Part shown: positions 9,750 through 21,800 of the stretch, one piece after another | How positions within the stretch are numbered: position 1 is the first letter of the stretch | Layout of the letters: the number at the start of each line of letters is the position of its first letter | From: an uncultured Actinomycetota bacterium | Lineage (GTDB): Bacteria > Actinomycetota > Actinomycetes > Actinomycetales > Demequinaceae | NCBI GenBank assembly: GCA_963757685.1 | Contig: CAVWSW010000006.1 | Location: forward strand, 359,083-423,082 | Length of the DNA: 64,000 bases | Direction: 5' to 3' | Program-made: the position numbers and the translations under genes | The notes under the pieces: generated by a model | The model's database searches: none | Seen by the model: the letters and a program-made list of their open reading frames with translations, nothing else | What the model was told of the DNA's origin: nothing

Positions 9750-10948
9750 GATGCGAGTTCGCGTTGGTCGATGATGATCGCCTCGAGGTCGCCCAATAGC
9801 AGCGTGCCCTCGATCTTCGCTTCCGTTTGCGCCTTCACCTCAAGTTCGGTCCCGGACGTGTCACGGACAAACGTGCCATTCGTGGATCCAAGGTCGGTGA
9901 CGAACCAATAGTCGGACTCGCGCCGCAATCGCGCATGCAGCTTAGACATGGTGCGGGTGTCATCGATGATCGGCAGCACGCCGGGAATGGGGCGGATACC
10001 TTCGCGCCCGATCGTCGTGATGTCCTCGAGGTCGTATTCCTCTGCTCCGACGACACGTAGCACCCACCGTGCACGGCGCCGCTGGGCAAAGAAGGTCGCG
10101 TCATCGTCGTCGTCGAGACCCCATGCGAGGGGGTCTGGCAGCGGCACTGGGGTTAATGGGGCGGCGTCTATGTCGTAGGGCGAATAGCTGCGCGGCACCT
10201 CACCGGTGACGTCGTGTTCCTCAGTAGTCATGATTTCTTCCCTCAGTTCTGGCACTGCCGTGGGTTCTTCATTGCCCGACGCTGGTTCCGGTTCAGGTTC
10301 GGGTACAGATTCCGGTTCGGGTACAGATTCTGGTGCTGGGTCACGTGCAGATTCCGGTTCGGCAAGAGCGACGGCCGCCGGCGCGACCACTCTGCGAATC
10401 GCTCGCGTGGCGTCGTCCGCTTCTGGGAGCTGCTCGCTCTCTTGGGCGACCGCGCCCACTACGGGACCGCCAACGGCGGCGCGCACACCGCCGAAGCCAA
10501 CGACCGTCGCCCAGAGCGGGGGGAGGATCGCGGCAAGCCACCACAGCCGTTGCTGTACCACCAGGCGCGTCTCGATACGGTTTGCACCAAGAATCCAGAA
10601 CACCCAGCCAACAAGCGACGCGAGTACTGCGACCGAAACCGCAAGCCCTGCGATGACGCTTAATTCGCCAGAGCCCGCTACTGCGTCGGCCGCGCGCAAG
10701 GCAACAACGACTCCAAAGACGAGCCACGCGGCGGCCGCGACTGCGCGCGAGATCCACACCGGAGCCGTGGGAAGGTCGGCGGCACGTGCCGCGACCACGT
10801 AGCGATAGATGGGAATCCAGGCGCCGCCAAATGGGGCGTCGTCGTGCCCTCTTCCCATCTTGGCGAACACCGCGGTCAGCGCGAAGCCCATCCACACAAA
10901 GGCCACAAGGAGAGCAACGAGCACAACTGCAAACTCAGCCAACACCAT
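9746..10948 (-). CDS. Multi-TM protein with C-terminal FHA domain
   Basis: N-terminal TMs (AWIPIY), Pro/Glu linker, FHA motifs IGR, MSKLHA, DLGSTNGT. Confidence 0.85.
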   Translation of the reverse strand: MVLAEFAVVLVALLVAFVWMGFALTAVFAKMGRGHDDAPFGGAWIPIYRYVVAARAADLPTAPVWISRAVAAAAWLVFGVVVALRAADAVAGSGELSVIAGLAVSVAVLASLVGWVFWILGANRIETRLVVQQRLWWLAAILPPLWATVVGFGGVRAAVGGPVVGAVAQESEQLPEADDATRAIRRVVAPAAVALAEPESARDPAPESVPEPESVPEPEPEPASGNEEPTAVPELREEIMTTEEHDVTGEVPRSYSPYDIDAAPLTPVPLPDPLAWGLDDDDDATFFAQRRRARWVLRVVGAEEYDLEDITTIGREGIRPIPGVLPIIDDTRTMSKLHARLRRESDYWFVTDLGSTNGTFVRDTSGTELEVKAQTEAKIEGTLLLGDLEAIIIDQRELAS

Positions 10949-13448
10949 TGGCGCCCCCCTTGTCAGAGGCCCGCGCATGCCAATGCGCGGGTTGCGCGGT
11001 GGAGGGAACCGGTTCGGGAGCCTGCGTCGCGACGGAGTTCCACATCGACCGCAACGAGAGGCGCATCTTCGCCCTCCCCCAGAAGCCGCGATCCGCGAGC
11101 CACGCGGCCCGCTCAGAGGCAACGAGTCGCCAGAATTCGTCGGCGTCCTCCAACACTGCCCCCCTCGTGCTGAAGGTAGTGCTGTCAGTCAGTTGCGCGA
11201 GCCGGACCCCGCTAAGGCTCCCGTACGCGCGAGCGGTTTCGAGGCGCGTCGCGAGAGGCATGGGTGCAAAGCCCGCGTCGACCGCAGTGTCGAGGTACTC
11301 TTCCCAGCCGTTGTGTATCGAGTCCCATGGCTGACCTACGCGGCGCCGACGCCGACGCAGTCCCTTCCATACGAGGATCGCGAGGAACGGCCCCAGGATC
11401 ACGAGCACTGCTAGCAGGCTGATCCCCGCCGCGCGGGCGACCGGTCCAATCGCGTCCCAGAAGCTTTGGTCGGCTGGCGCGGGAGGTTGAGTTTGCGCCG
11501 CGGAACCGCGCTGACTGGAGGGCGGCGCGATGGGCTCAGCGCGCCGAGGGTCAAGGTCCGGCGCGAACTTGGGGTCCCGCTGCTGCGTGACGATCGGCGA
11601 CGGCGAATTCGTGTGCTGCGGCGTGACATCCACGGGGATCCACGTCCCGTTTGCCGACTGCACCTCCGCCCACACGGCCATGTTTTGACCGCGGCACGTC
11701 CCCTCGACGCAGGCCGGGACTGACCAGCCCGTCACATCGGTGTCCGTGAGGTGCACACCGAGCACAACGCGCGAGGGGAATCCAAGGTTGGCCGCGATCA
11801 GTGCAACGGCCGCGGCGAACTGCTCGTCGTCGCCTATCGCAGCGACGAGGCTCGCTCCCGGAGTGTCCGCAACGGAGGCCTCGCGTTCGTTGAGCTGGGT
11901 GAAGAGGCGGTCGATTCGGTCGTACGAACTCCCGGCAGCAGAGCCCGCGAACGAGTATGACCCGAGCGCCGCCTCCCACGCGGCTGTCGTGCCCGATTCG
12001 GTCAGCGAATGAGACAAGTAGCCTCGTTCGCGCAAGCGCTTTACGAGCTCGGCGAAACCCGCACCGTCGTGCGTTACGCCCTGGTGAGTGACCCAGTCGA
12101 CAAGCGACGTGGGAACGAGGCTCGACGAGATGGTGTCGCCACCGGGCGCGGCGCCCAACATGTTGAGAGCGGGCGCGGTCGCCGGAACATAGGCCGATAC
12201 CGTGTACGAGTCACGTGCCACCAACGCGCCGGCGTTGGTCACAAGGCCGGTGCCGGTGGCGGGTTGATAAAAGAAAGAGTCAACGAGCTCGCCATTGTGC
12301 TCGCCGTGGAAGGTGACGGACCCCAAGCGCCCGATGAGCGGCACCCACACTCCTGTCGACGCCTTGAGCGTGATCGTCGCGGACACCGGCACCGAGTTTT
12401 CAGGAGCGGCAATGCCGGACGGCACCCTCTGGAACGGTGCGGAAGTTCCTTCCGGGCCGGCAGCGGTGAAAGAGTCTCCGTCGAAGAACGGCAACGTCGC
12501 GAGGCGCACGCGGTCGGCTTCGCCACTCGTGACATCGACGGTGAAGAGTTCCGCGTCAAATTGGTCGTCAGAGAAGTAGTTGCGGTACGACGCGAGCGGG
12601 GTGACGGTCGAGTTCACCACCACGCGCGGCTCGATCACGGAACGCGCCACGCTTCGTGGAATGTCCGCGGTAATGGGCCCGGCGACGAGCGATCCCACCA
12701 CTAAGGCGACGGTGACCATTGCCAGTCCACCAACAAATGCTCCAAGCGATCGCGCGGGATGCCTCCCGGACAGGCTCGCCGTGGACGAGCCTTTCAGCAA
12801 CGACCGACGCCGCACATAGATCGCCCGCCAGGTAGTCCACCCAAGCAGCACCGCGAACGTCGACAGCCCGATGACAAACTCTTGGTTCATATAGACGCCG
12901 TACGGAGCCCACGCGAGTTCCGGCGCGCGAGTCGCGGGACCTATCAAGACCGCGGTGGCCACCATGATCGCGGTGACGAGGCCGGCGAAGCCCCACCAGC
13001 GTCGGGCGCGCGCAGCGAACGTTGTGGAAACCACGGTGCCGACGAGCAACAAGGCGAGAGGGGGCACAAGCGTCGCGCCATACTCGCCAAGCGGAAGCGG
13101 CAGCGTAACCACGTCCTTCCATCCCGCGACAGGGCCCCTCGCGAGTTCTCCGAGCGCGGCAAGCAGTGTCGTGTCACCGGCCGTGAAGCTTGGGATCGCG
13201 AGAGTCAACCCGATACCCACATACGCGGCAACGGTGAGCCCGGCAACACTCAGCCCGTTCCAGCCGAGACGATCGCTAACGACGACGATGACCGCGCCCG
13301 CCGCGATGCTCGCCGCGGACACCGCGACGAAAGCCCTCGACTCGTAGACCGGGTACAAGGACCACGCTGCCATCGCTGCACCAGCGGCCATAAAGGCGGC
13401 GCTGATGAGCGCATAGGTCACCGTCGTTTGGCGGGCGGGACGGCTCAT
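10935..13448 (-). CDS. Multi-TM transglutaminase-like (TgpA-type) protein with degenerate catalytic triad
   Basis: About 7 N-terminal TMs; TGase core GDDEQFA..LGFPSRVVLG..AVWAEV..WIPVDVTP; C-terminal TM. Confidence 0.85.
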   Translation of the reverse strand: MSRPARQTTVTYALISAAFMAAGAAMAAWSLYPVYESRAFVAVSAASIAAGAVIVVVSDRLGWNGLSVAGLTVAAYVGIGLTLAIPSFTAGDTTLLAALGELARGPVAGWKDVVTLPLPLGEYGATLVPPLALLLVGTVVSTTFAARARRWWGFAGLVTAIMVATAVLIGPATRAPELAWAPYGVYMNQEFVIGLSTFAVLLGWTTWRAIYVRRRSLLKGSSTASLSGRHPARSLGAFVGGLAMVTVALVVGSLVAGPITADIPRSVARSVIEPRVVVNSTVTPLASYRNYFSDDQFDAELFTVDVTSGEADRVRLATLPFFDGDSFTAAGPEGTSAPFQRVPSGIAAPENSVPVSATITLKASTGVWVPLIGRLGSVTFHGEHNGELVDSFFYQPATGTGLVTNAGALVARDSYTVSAYVPATAPALNMLGAAPGGDTISSSLVPTSLVDWVTHQGVTHDGAGFAELVKRLRERGYLSHSLTESGTTAAWEAALGSYSFAGSAAGSSYDRIDRLFTQLNEREASVADTPGASLVAAIGDDEQFAAAVALIAANLGFPSRVVLGVHLTDTDVTGWSVPACVEGTCRGQNMAVWAEVQSANGTWIPVDVTPQHTNSPSPIVTQQRDPKFAPDLDPRRAEPIAPPSSQRGSAAQTQPPAPADQSFWDAIGPVARAAGISLLAVLVILGPFLAILVWKGLRRRRRRVGQPWDSIHNGWEEYLDTAVDAGFAPMPLATRLETARAYGSLSGVRLAQLTDSTTFSTRGAVLEDADEFWRLVASERAAWLADRGFWGRAKMRLSLRSMWNSVATQAPEPVPSTAQPAHWHARASDKGGANGVG

Positions 13449-14812
13449 ACGCGGGCTCCCTTCGCGAGGAGCGGGCGCAGGTCGTCAAGTACGCCAAGCT
13501 TGAGCACTCGCGTGCGGCCCATGGGGCGAAGCGAGGGTTCCGCACTGGGATCGCACACAACCGCGGCCACCGCGACGTCGACCGGAAAGGCGAGGGCAGC
13601 GCTCTGCAGATGCGCGAGCGTTGCGCGCGAACCGGTCACAAGAAAAGCCAACGACGTGTCCGAGCGGCTCTCGGCCACCATCCGCGTGATGGAGGGCAAT
13701 TCGACAACCGCATGGCCCGACGCGACGCCAGCCAAGTCGTCGAGCAGAGCTCTGGGGGAGGTCACCTTGAGTTGGCGCAGAGAACGAACGGTCGCGCGCG
13801 CAAACTCTGGGACCTCTCCGCTGGTCACAGCTTGCAAGTCCCTGCCGTCTCGCAACGCACGCACCCCCAGCGAGCCGATCGCACTCACCGCCATCTCAAA
13901 CTCGTCGTCCGACGCGTAGGAGGCAGCATTCAGGTCAAGGACAAGGCTGATCGTCGAGCGCCGCGTCTCTTCGAATTGGCGGACCATCAGCGTGCCGGTC
14001 TTGGCGGTCGACTTCCAATGAATGTGACGTTGCGCGTCTCCGGTCGCGTATTCGCGCACAGACTGGAACGAGATGTCCTCGCTGGTAATCGTCTTGGTCG
14101 CGGAGCCCTCGAGGTCCTTGATGAACCCGACGGATGTTGACGGGATCGCGATAGTCACGGGGTGGATGTACAGCGTGCGGACGTCAGCCCAGTGAAATTC
14201 TCGTTGTAGTAGGTGGAGCGGATCGGTGCGAGTGGTGGTGGCTGGACCAACGTCTACGACGCCCCGGTGCCGAGCGGGGATCTCGATGCGCTCCCTGTGC
14301 TCATGGCCATGGCGCAACAGCGGCACGTGAAAGTCAACAAGAGCGGCTCCAACGGGGATCTGGATGCGACCAGGCAACGCGATCCCCGCGCGTGGACTGC
14401 GCACCACGAAATCCCCAAACGCCTCTTGGCCAGCCACCACTGCGTCGTGCTCAAGCGCGAAGTCCACCTCGTAGTTGGCGCGCCCAATGAGGGTGGGCGT
14501 GGCGAGCAACAACAGGATGATGGCAACGCACGCGCCAATCAGGAACTCGCCCCACCCAACCCCCACACCAACGACAAGACCCACAATCGCCCACAGCAAC
14601 ACCAGCCACCCCGCCGCGGTAACCGTGGATGCGAGAGTTGCCCACGTTCGCCGCAGTAGCGCCCGCACCGCGCGCGCCAGACGCAACGCGCCAATTCCCA
14701 CGGCAACCCACCGGCCGCCAGATTCGTCGAGGTACTCGGTGCGCGTGATCGCGGGCGCAGGCGCGGGACCCGCCGCGGGAGCCCGGGTCTGCGACAGTGA
14801 GCGACTGCTCAC
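13445..14812 (-). CDS. DUF58 family protein (MoxR partner)
   Basis: DPL.L, VREY..GD..RHIHWKSTAKTGTLMVRQFE motif; N-terminal TMs. Confidence 0.92.
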   Translation of the reverse strand: MSSRSLSQTRAPAAGPAPAPAITRTEYLDESGGRWVAVGIGALRLARAVRALLRRTWATLASTVTAAGWLVLLWAIVGLVVGVGVGWGEFLIGACVAIILLLLATPTLIGRANYEVDFALEHDAVVAGQEAFGDFVVRSPRAGIALPGRIQIPVGAALVDFHVPLLRHGHEHRERIEIPARHRGVVDVGPATTTRTDPLHLLQREFHWADVRTLYIHPVTIAIPSTSVGFIKDLEGSATKTITSEDISFQSVREYATGDAQRHIHWKSTAKTGTLMVRQFEETRRSTISLVLDLNAASYASDDEFEMAVSAIGSLGVRALRDGRDLQAVTSGEVPEFARATVRSLRQLKVTSPRALLDDLAGVASGHAVVELPSITRMVAESRSDTSLAFLVTGSRATLAHLQSAALAFPVDVAVAAVVCDPSAEPSLRPMGRTRVLKLGVLDDLRPLLAKGARV

Positions 14813-15774
14813 TCAAGGTCCTTGTGGCTAGGCGGGGGCGTGTCGAGCAATACCTGACCGATGACCGCCGTAGGCGTGACGCCGTCAAACTCCGCCTCCG
14901 GATCAAGGATGAGGCGGTGGGCGAGCACGGCGTCTGCGAGAGTCTTGACGTCGTCCGGCGTGACGAAGGTGCGATCGTGAGCCAACGCCCAAACCCGGGA
15001 CGTGCGAGCGAGCGCGATCGCGCCACGCATCGACGCCCCAAGCCGGACCTGGGTCGCGTTGCGCGTCGCATTGACGATGCGCGCGATGTAGTCGAGCACG
15101 AGCGGGCTGCTGTGCACTTCCCGGCCAAGGTCCACCATTGCGGCGATCGTCTTGAGTTCCACAATTGGGTCCACCGCAACGCGCGGGGGACGGCCGGCCT
15201 CTAGGAGCCGTAGCGTCGACGCGTGGTCCGGATAACCGAGCGACGTGCGCATGATGAATCGGTCCAGTTGCGCTTCCGGCAGCGAGTAGGTGCCGGCCTG
15301 CTCCACGGGGTTTTGGGTAGCGACCACCATGAACGGCGAGCCAGCGACACGAGTCACACCGTCGATCGTCACCTGGCCCTCGTCCATGACCTCGAGCAGG
15401 GCGGACTGAGTCTTGGGGCTTGCCCTGTTGATCTCGTCGGCCAGCACGACGTTCGCGAAAACGGGGCCCGCGTGGAACTCAAACTTCCCCTTCTTCTGAT
15501 CGAACACGGTGATTCCGGTAACGTCCCCCGGCAAGAGGTCGGGGGTGAATTGGATGCGTGTGCTCGTGCCGCGCACGGTCTGCGCCATCGCGCGCGCGAG
15601 CGACGTCTTGCCGGTGCCCGGGACGTCTTCGAGCAACAGGTGCCCCTCGGCGACCATTGCCGTGAACGCAAGTTCAACGACGTGACGCTTCCCGAGCACG
15701 GCAAGCTCAACGTTGTTGCATAACGAACGGAACGTGTCCGCAAACCACTTCGCTTGATCGTCAGTAACAGTCAT
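14809..15774 (-). CDS. moxR: MoxR family AAA+ ATPase
   Basis: LLEDVPGTGKT, RIQFTPDLLPGD, LADEINRA, ATQNP.EQ.GTY.LPEAQLDRF. Confidence 0.95.
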   Translation of the reverse strand: MTVTDDQAKWFADTFRSLCNNVELAVLGKRHVVELAFTAMVAEGHLLLEDVPGTGKTSLARAMAQTVRGTSTRIQFTPDLLPGDVTGITVFDQKKGKFEFHAGPVFANVVLADEINRASPKTQSALLEVMDEGQVTIDGVTRVAGSPFMVVATQNPVEQAGTYSLPEAQLDRFIMRTSLGYPDHASTLRLLEAGRPPRVAVDPIVELKTIAAMVDLGREVHSSPLVLDYIARIVNATRNATQVRLGASMRGAIALARTSRVWALAHDRTFVTPDDVKTLADAVLAHRLILDPEAEFDGVTPTAVIGQVLLDTPPPSHKDLE

Positions 15775-15804
15775 GGGTCTCCTCGAGACATTCATCGGCC
15801 GATT

Positions 15805-18800
15805 TCATGGCGTAGGTGAGGGGGTAGGTGAAGGGCTAGGAGTGACAGAGGGGTTTGGATCGGGCGCACCAGAACACGTCGTTGTGTCAGAGGTCCACTG
15901 GGCGATTCCTTGGAGCGCGCCTTGGAATTTGACGCGAACGCTCGCCGTGCGCATCGCGGTGAAGTCATTCGTGATTCTGTCGTCGACGTCCCGAAGGGTC
16001 CACGTCGCAGACCAATCCGACCTCGAAGCCGCGACGGAGAGCGTGGGCGCCTCGCCCACTCGGCACGCGTCGACCGTGACCTTGGTGCGGTATTCCGCCG
16101 AGCCCGGGACAGGAGACACGGTCGCGAGCGCCGTCGAGCATTGCGTGTTTAGCAGGTCAAACACCACACACACGAACGTGTTGACGGAGACGGGGGCGCC
16201 TATGGGCATGGTCGAGAAATCGGTGGTCGCGGTGTCGCCATCGAAACTGAAGAAGGCAACCGCGCCGAGCGGCATCCCGAGCAGGCTGATGCTGGGTGCG
16301 GTGACGTCAGTGCTGCACCACATGCCGTTGCCGTCGCACGTCGATGCGACCTGATAGCCCGTCGTGACTATTGGCGCGCCAGGGTCAATCCACGGGTAAA
16401 TCGTGACGTCGACGCGGGTTGCCGAGCCGTAGTTAACAGCGCCAATGAGCGACCTCGCACATACGGTGATCTTGTTACTCACATTTGCCGTCACCGGAAC
16501 CGTAAGCGACGCGGTGCCGCCGGTCGCTTGCACCATCGCGCTGCACGCGCCAGCGCTCACGGTGCCGACCCACGTTTCCGAGCCGACGCCGCCCGTCTTC
16601 ACCGAGACCGTCAACTGCGCGCTCATTGCCCCGCCGAGCACCTCGGTACCGATGGTTCCGATCGTCGGGGCGCCAACACCATTCGCGCTAAACGAGACCG
16701 CCGCCCCTTGAGCCTGGGCGCCCGCTATGGCCGGCAAGTCGAGGTTCGTGATGGGCGTCACCGTGACCAATTGCGTGTCGTTGGCGCCGAGGAAGTACGC
16801 GGGGATGGAGACGTGACCCTTGCCGGATATCGACACCACTTTGGTTTCGCCAGAGGCGCTCGTGATCTGCAGGGCGCTCGTGTTGGCGTCGGTGACATCG
16901 AGCTCGATATCGATCCGCTTGCCTTCGCCTGTCGTCGTGCGTGTGGGCAGCCACGTGATGTTTTCCGGCGCCGCCGGGGGTGCGTAGCTCCAGGCGACCA
17001 CGGTGACGGACCCGCGCGATTCGCCGACGCTGTTGACGGCCTTCGCGGAGTACGTGTGCTTTACCCCGTTGGTCAGGCCGGTGATGGGCGCACACACGCC
17101 GTCGGGACCACAGGTTTGCACCTTGGTGGCGCCCTCGTAAATCGCGTAGCCGGTGATCGCCGGGTAAGAAACGCCAGTGCCACTGCTCACCGAGAGCGTC
17201 AGGCTGCCATTCCCGAAGGCGACTTGCCGCACCTCGGAAGGAGCGGCCGGGAAGCCCTGCAGGTCGATCGTTAGGGTGCCAACCCTGTCGCCAGCGCTGA
17301 TGCGGCCCTGGGCGTCCTTAACGGTGTAGGTCGCGGTGCACGTGCTACCAGCAGTGTCGTTTGTCCACGATGCTGTGATTGCGCTGGTACCCGAGACACT
17401 GAAGTTCACATCTGGGCAGTTCGGGTCTGGGATGACGGAGGCCACCTCAAGCGGAGTTTCTGGCAACGGATTGACCTCGCCGGGGCCGCCGATCACGGTG
17501 ACGGTGCAGGAATTGCCTGACGCAGCCGAGCATTGCCGCGAGATCGTCGCGGCCTTGGGGAAGGTTGACGGAGCCGGCCCAACGGTGAAGCTCAGCGATA
17601 CGGCTGGCACGTCCGGATCGGAAGGCAACGACACCGTGGCACCATCGACGTTGCCGGGCACCGAACGGTCCTCCGCCGTGATCGTGAGTACGGTTCCCAC
17701 GCGCGTCACGACAAATTGCTGACCCTGATACTCAAACGCGATGTCGACCGCGCGAGGGGCGGCTCCCTTGGGCCACGTCACCATGCCAGCGAGGTCGAAC
17801 GTGGTCGTCGTTCCTGGTGAGATCTCGAGCGACGCGCTCTTGAGGATGGGCGACGGCGCCCTCGGAACGATGGTGATGGGGACGGGCACGAGCGTGAAGC
17901 GATCCTGATCAGAAACCCGCGCAGAGATGCGGCAGATGTCTGAGTATGGGGCGCCATCAGACGCGGTGTACTTGATCATCGTCCCCGACACAAGTTCGCA
18001 CGTGGAGCCTTTCCGCACGCCCGACGCTGTCACGTCTGAGGGATCGACGATGAGTTCCGCGTCGGCAGGGATAGCGACGAGCGGGCCCAGGTCAAAGGTC
18101 ACCGATGACCCCTCCTCGACCTGAGGTTGCACGAAGGTCTCTTTGAGCGACAACCGTGACTCATCGAGCCCAGGGATACGCAAGAAGCCGTAACTCGTGA
18201 CCTCTTCACCAGCGAAGTTCAGCCCGGTGACCTGGAACGGCACGATCCGGCTCTCATCTGACAGCGGCCCGGAGATTACCCACCCGTCTACCGCCATGTC
18301 TGGCTGATCGCCCCATAGCGAGAGTGTGAGGCCCGCGGGATCTCCAGACGCCCACGAGACTTTCCCGGTGAGCACGTCTACACCCATCGGCAGCGCCTCA
18401 CGGGTGTCGAGTGCAAGCACCGTGTCCGCGACCAACGGCACGTCAACGACGGGCTCCCTGACGGCCTTCAAGATAATGCGGCTCACCGCCGTCGAGCCCG
18501 CCTCGTTTCGCACCGTGTATACGTAAACGAAGGTGCCCGGCTGATCGCCAACGCTCAACGTCACCGTGCCGTCGACTACCGACACCACGCGGCCCGCGAG
18601 ATCGCGGTACTCGTCGGACTCGAGCGGCGCGTCGGGCGACACATCGACGAGCGAGAGTTCGCCGCCTCCCAGGTCAAAGTCGTTTGCCATCGGCAATACC
18701 ACCACGGTGCGTCCGGCCCCCGCTTGTGCCTGCACGTAATCGGTGTACGTCACCGGGCGCGCCTCGAGATCCGCAGCAATCACGCCGATCGTCGCGGTGC

Positions 18801-21800
18801 CGATTGCGGTCTCACCACGCGCGTCGATCACGGAGTACGTGAACGACACCTGGCCGGAGAATCCGGGCTCCGAGGTGTACGCGATGCCGCGTCCGTCCGC
18901 GGTAACTGCGGCGATGCCGGACGGCGGTTGGGTCTCAACTCTTCGCAGGGACACCCTGTCACCATCGGGATCCAGGCGCGTGCCGTCAAACGCGAGCGTG
19001 ACGCTTTCGCCGGATGCGACGCGACCCGTCAGGTTTGGCGGCGTTGGCGGAGCGTTTGTTTGGGAGTCGAGCACGGTGACCACGAGGCGAGCCGTCGCTC
19101 GTTGCCCGGGATAGCCAAGCACGTAGGCGTCGTAGGTAACGACGTAGGTACCAGGTGTCGCGGGTGCCAGATACCGAAGCTTGGAGCCTGCGGCGAAGAC
19201 GAGACCCGCATTTTGGACGTTAACGACCGAGCCGGGATCCAACGCAATCACGTTCCCAGCTGGCCCGATGTCGTTCGTGAGCACGTCGACGTTTGCTTGC
19301 CTTCCGACCCGCACGGTAATGGAGTCATCGACAGCGAGCGGAGGAGTTGGCGTTGTCGTGGCAAGCAGCACCACTGTCACCTCCCCTGTCACGGTCATCT
19401 CCGGGCGACCACTGCCATCGGACACCGTGTAGGTGACGACACCAAGCGGGCCAGGGCGACCGTCGGCTGTCGCTCCGCTCACGCGTAGCGCAGAAAAACC
19501 GATAACGTCTGAGCTGAGCTGGGCGCCAGCCGCGGGGGCCACGCTCACGTCGGAGATGAGCAGCACCCGGTTGCCTGGGTTGGACACCGCCTTGAGGACA
19601 TCCACGGTGGCGTCTTCCTTTGAACGCACGAACGCGGTCAGCGGCACCGTGGTGAGCCGTTCCTCCTGTGGCGCGATGACCGTGATGCGCGCAACGCCTC
19701 GAGCCTCAGAGGTGCCGTCAGTAACCTTGAAGTCGACGAGGTGCGACCCGGGCTCGGTCGCGGAAAAGGTGAAGCCGATTACCGACTGCGCCACGGCAAC
19801 GGAGGCGTCATCCCCAGGAGCCAGCGAAGCCTCGCTCACCTGCAGCGGGCCGACGGCGCCGCTCACGTGCTTGCCAACGTCGACCGTCGCGGTAACGCCA
19901 GCCGTCACGGTAAGCGAGAGATCCCGCACTCGCAATTCCGGTTCGCCGAGCACGGTAATGGTGAGTTCCTTCGAAGCCTGCGCACCGCGCGAATCCGACA
20001 CCGTCACGGACACGGGGGCCACGCCACCCCCGCCCGCGTTCGCGTTCGTGTGCTGAAATACCAAGCGCCCCTCAGGCGAAGCGGCAACGACGCCCGTAGC
20101 GAACGTTGTGGTAGCGCCGGCGAGATAGATCGGGTCGCCCTCTGGATCGACCCATCCGGTCAGCACGTCGGCAGACACGGTGCCGCCAGGGTTTACCTGC
20201 GGCGCGGGCCACTCAGCGAGGCACCCAGCGACGCCGCACCACTCTGGCGGAGTGTTGACCGACGGGTCCTTCACCGTGAGGGTCACAGTCGCGGGGGTAG
20301 ACAGCAGCCCGTCGCTCGTTGTGCCGTCCGTGATGACGTACGTGAAACGTACGGATCCTTTGGCGTTCGGCGAGACCGCGATCACAAGCGACTGATCGTC
20401 GTCGGCAAGCGACAACGTGCCAAACGCTGGATCAAGGTTGCCGATGTCCGGTTGCCACACCGTGAGCACGTCTTTGTTTGCATCGTGGTCGTTGAGCAGC
20501 ACCGGCAAGATCACCTGCCGACCTGCCCGCACGCCAAAGTCGTCGTTCTCGGCCACCGGCGCTCGCGGATCCGTAACCTCGCTGGCAACGTTTTCGTCGT
20601 CGTCCGTAGTCGGCGTTTCCTGGTTGGGGTCCCACTGCTGTGACGAGGCGACGAGTTGCCCGGACGGCACGCTCCAGACCCATCCAGAGCGGCCTTCGTT
20701 GAGGATCATGCGGCTGCCGTTTGACCGGAGCTGCGGGGAGCGCTGGTCTCCGAGCGTGAGACCTCCATAATCGAGCGATGTCCGTTCGCCACTCGACCGC
20801 CACAATGTGCCGGGCCCGCTCCCCGCAGGTAACCACGCGCCAACCAAGTCGCCGGTTGCGGGGTCGATTGCCGGTGACGCAGGCTCTCCGAGCACCACGT
20901 TGGCGGCCCCAAACGTTCGCGTTGCTGAGCCGTCGGAGAGGGACACCTCCACGATTCCGAACGAATCGGCAATGAGTGCTGCGGAGCCTTCCTCACTCGA
21001 CTGCTGCAAGCGACCGGAAGCGTCGACGCCGGAGTCGGATGGCCCGTCGGCGCCGGACCTCCACACCCGGCCAGACGCCGGATCGAAGAGCACCCAGGCG
21101 CTCCCCACCCAAGCGAGTTGGACACCCTCGCCCTGCGGGCCGTCTACGACAGTGTCGATCCCGTCGATGAGGCCCGTAGCGGCGCTAGCGCGCATCACGG
21201 AACCATCCTCAGCTGAATACGCAGCAACCTTGCCTGACGCTGACATTGCGACGGCGACTGCGCGGAACTCCGGGCGTTCTTGACCGGCTGCGACCTCCGT
21301 ATTCGCGAACGGGTCGAGTCGTGTTGGTGACGTCGCGGAACCGTCAGAAACGCGGCCCGCCGTGACCGCTCCGTCGCCGGTCAAGTACGCGACAAAATCG
21401 CCAGAGTGCACCATGGCGTCGGTCCCAGATGGCGTCGCAACCGTCGACTGCGAGCCGGCCGAATCGATGTCCGTTGGCTTCGCGGTGTCTACCGTGGTGA
21501 CGCTGCCAAGGTTGTTCGAGAACACAAGCAGCGCCGTGCCCGACTGCACAAGGTCCGTTGGCGAGGACACGTTCTTGACGGTGTCGACCTCGCCCACGAC
21601 GGTGTTCACCCGGCCAAAGCGCTGGCCAGCCACAGACTGCATTGCCCATACCGACGGGTCGTCCGGTGTCACCTCGCGCTGATCGAAGCCTGGCGCGAGC
21701 GCCGCGCCAATCGCGACCGTAGCGGCAACGGCAACCACTGCCGCCCACGTGACGGCGTGGCCGCGCGCGCCGCCAACGCGGGTGCGGGGAGCGTCGGGCG

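Noticed and set aside
10285-10335. Short coding repeats (PESVPE in the FHA protein; also GAAALMGG twice in pknB near 48375-48440)
   Set aside because: Ordinary low-complexity linker duplications
20335-20348. parS site
   Set aside because: Only a half match (CGTGAAAC) to GTTTCACGTGAAAC, inside a CDS
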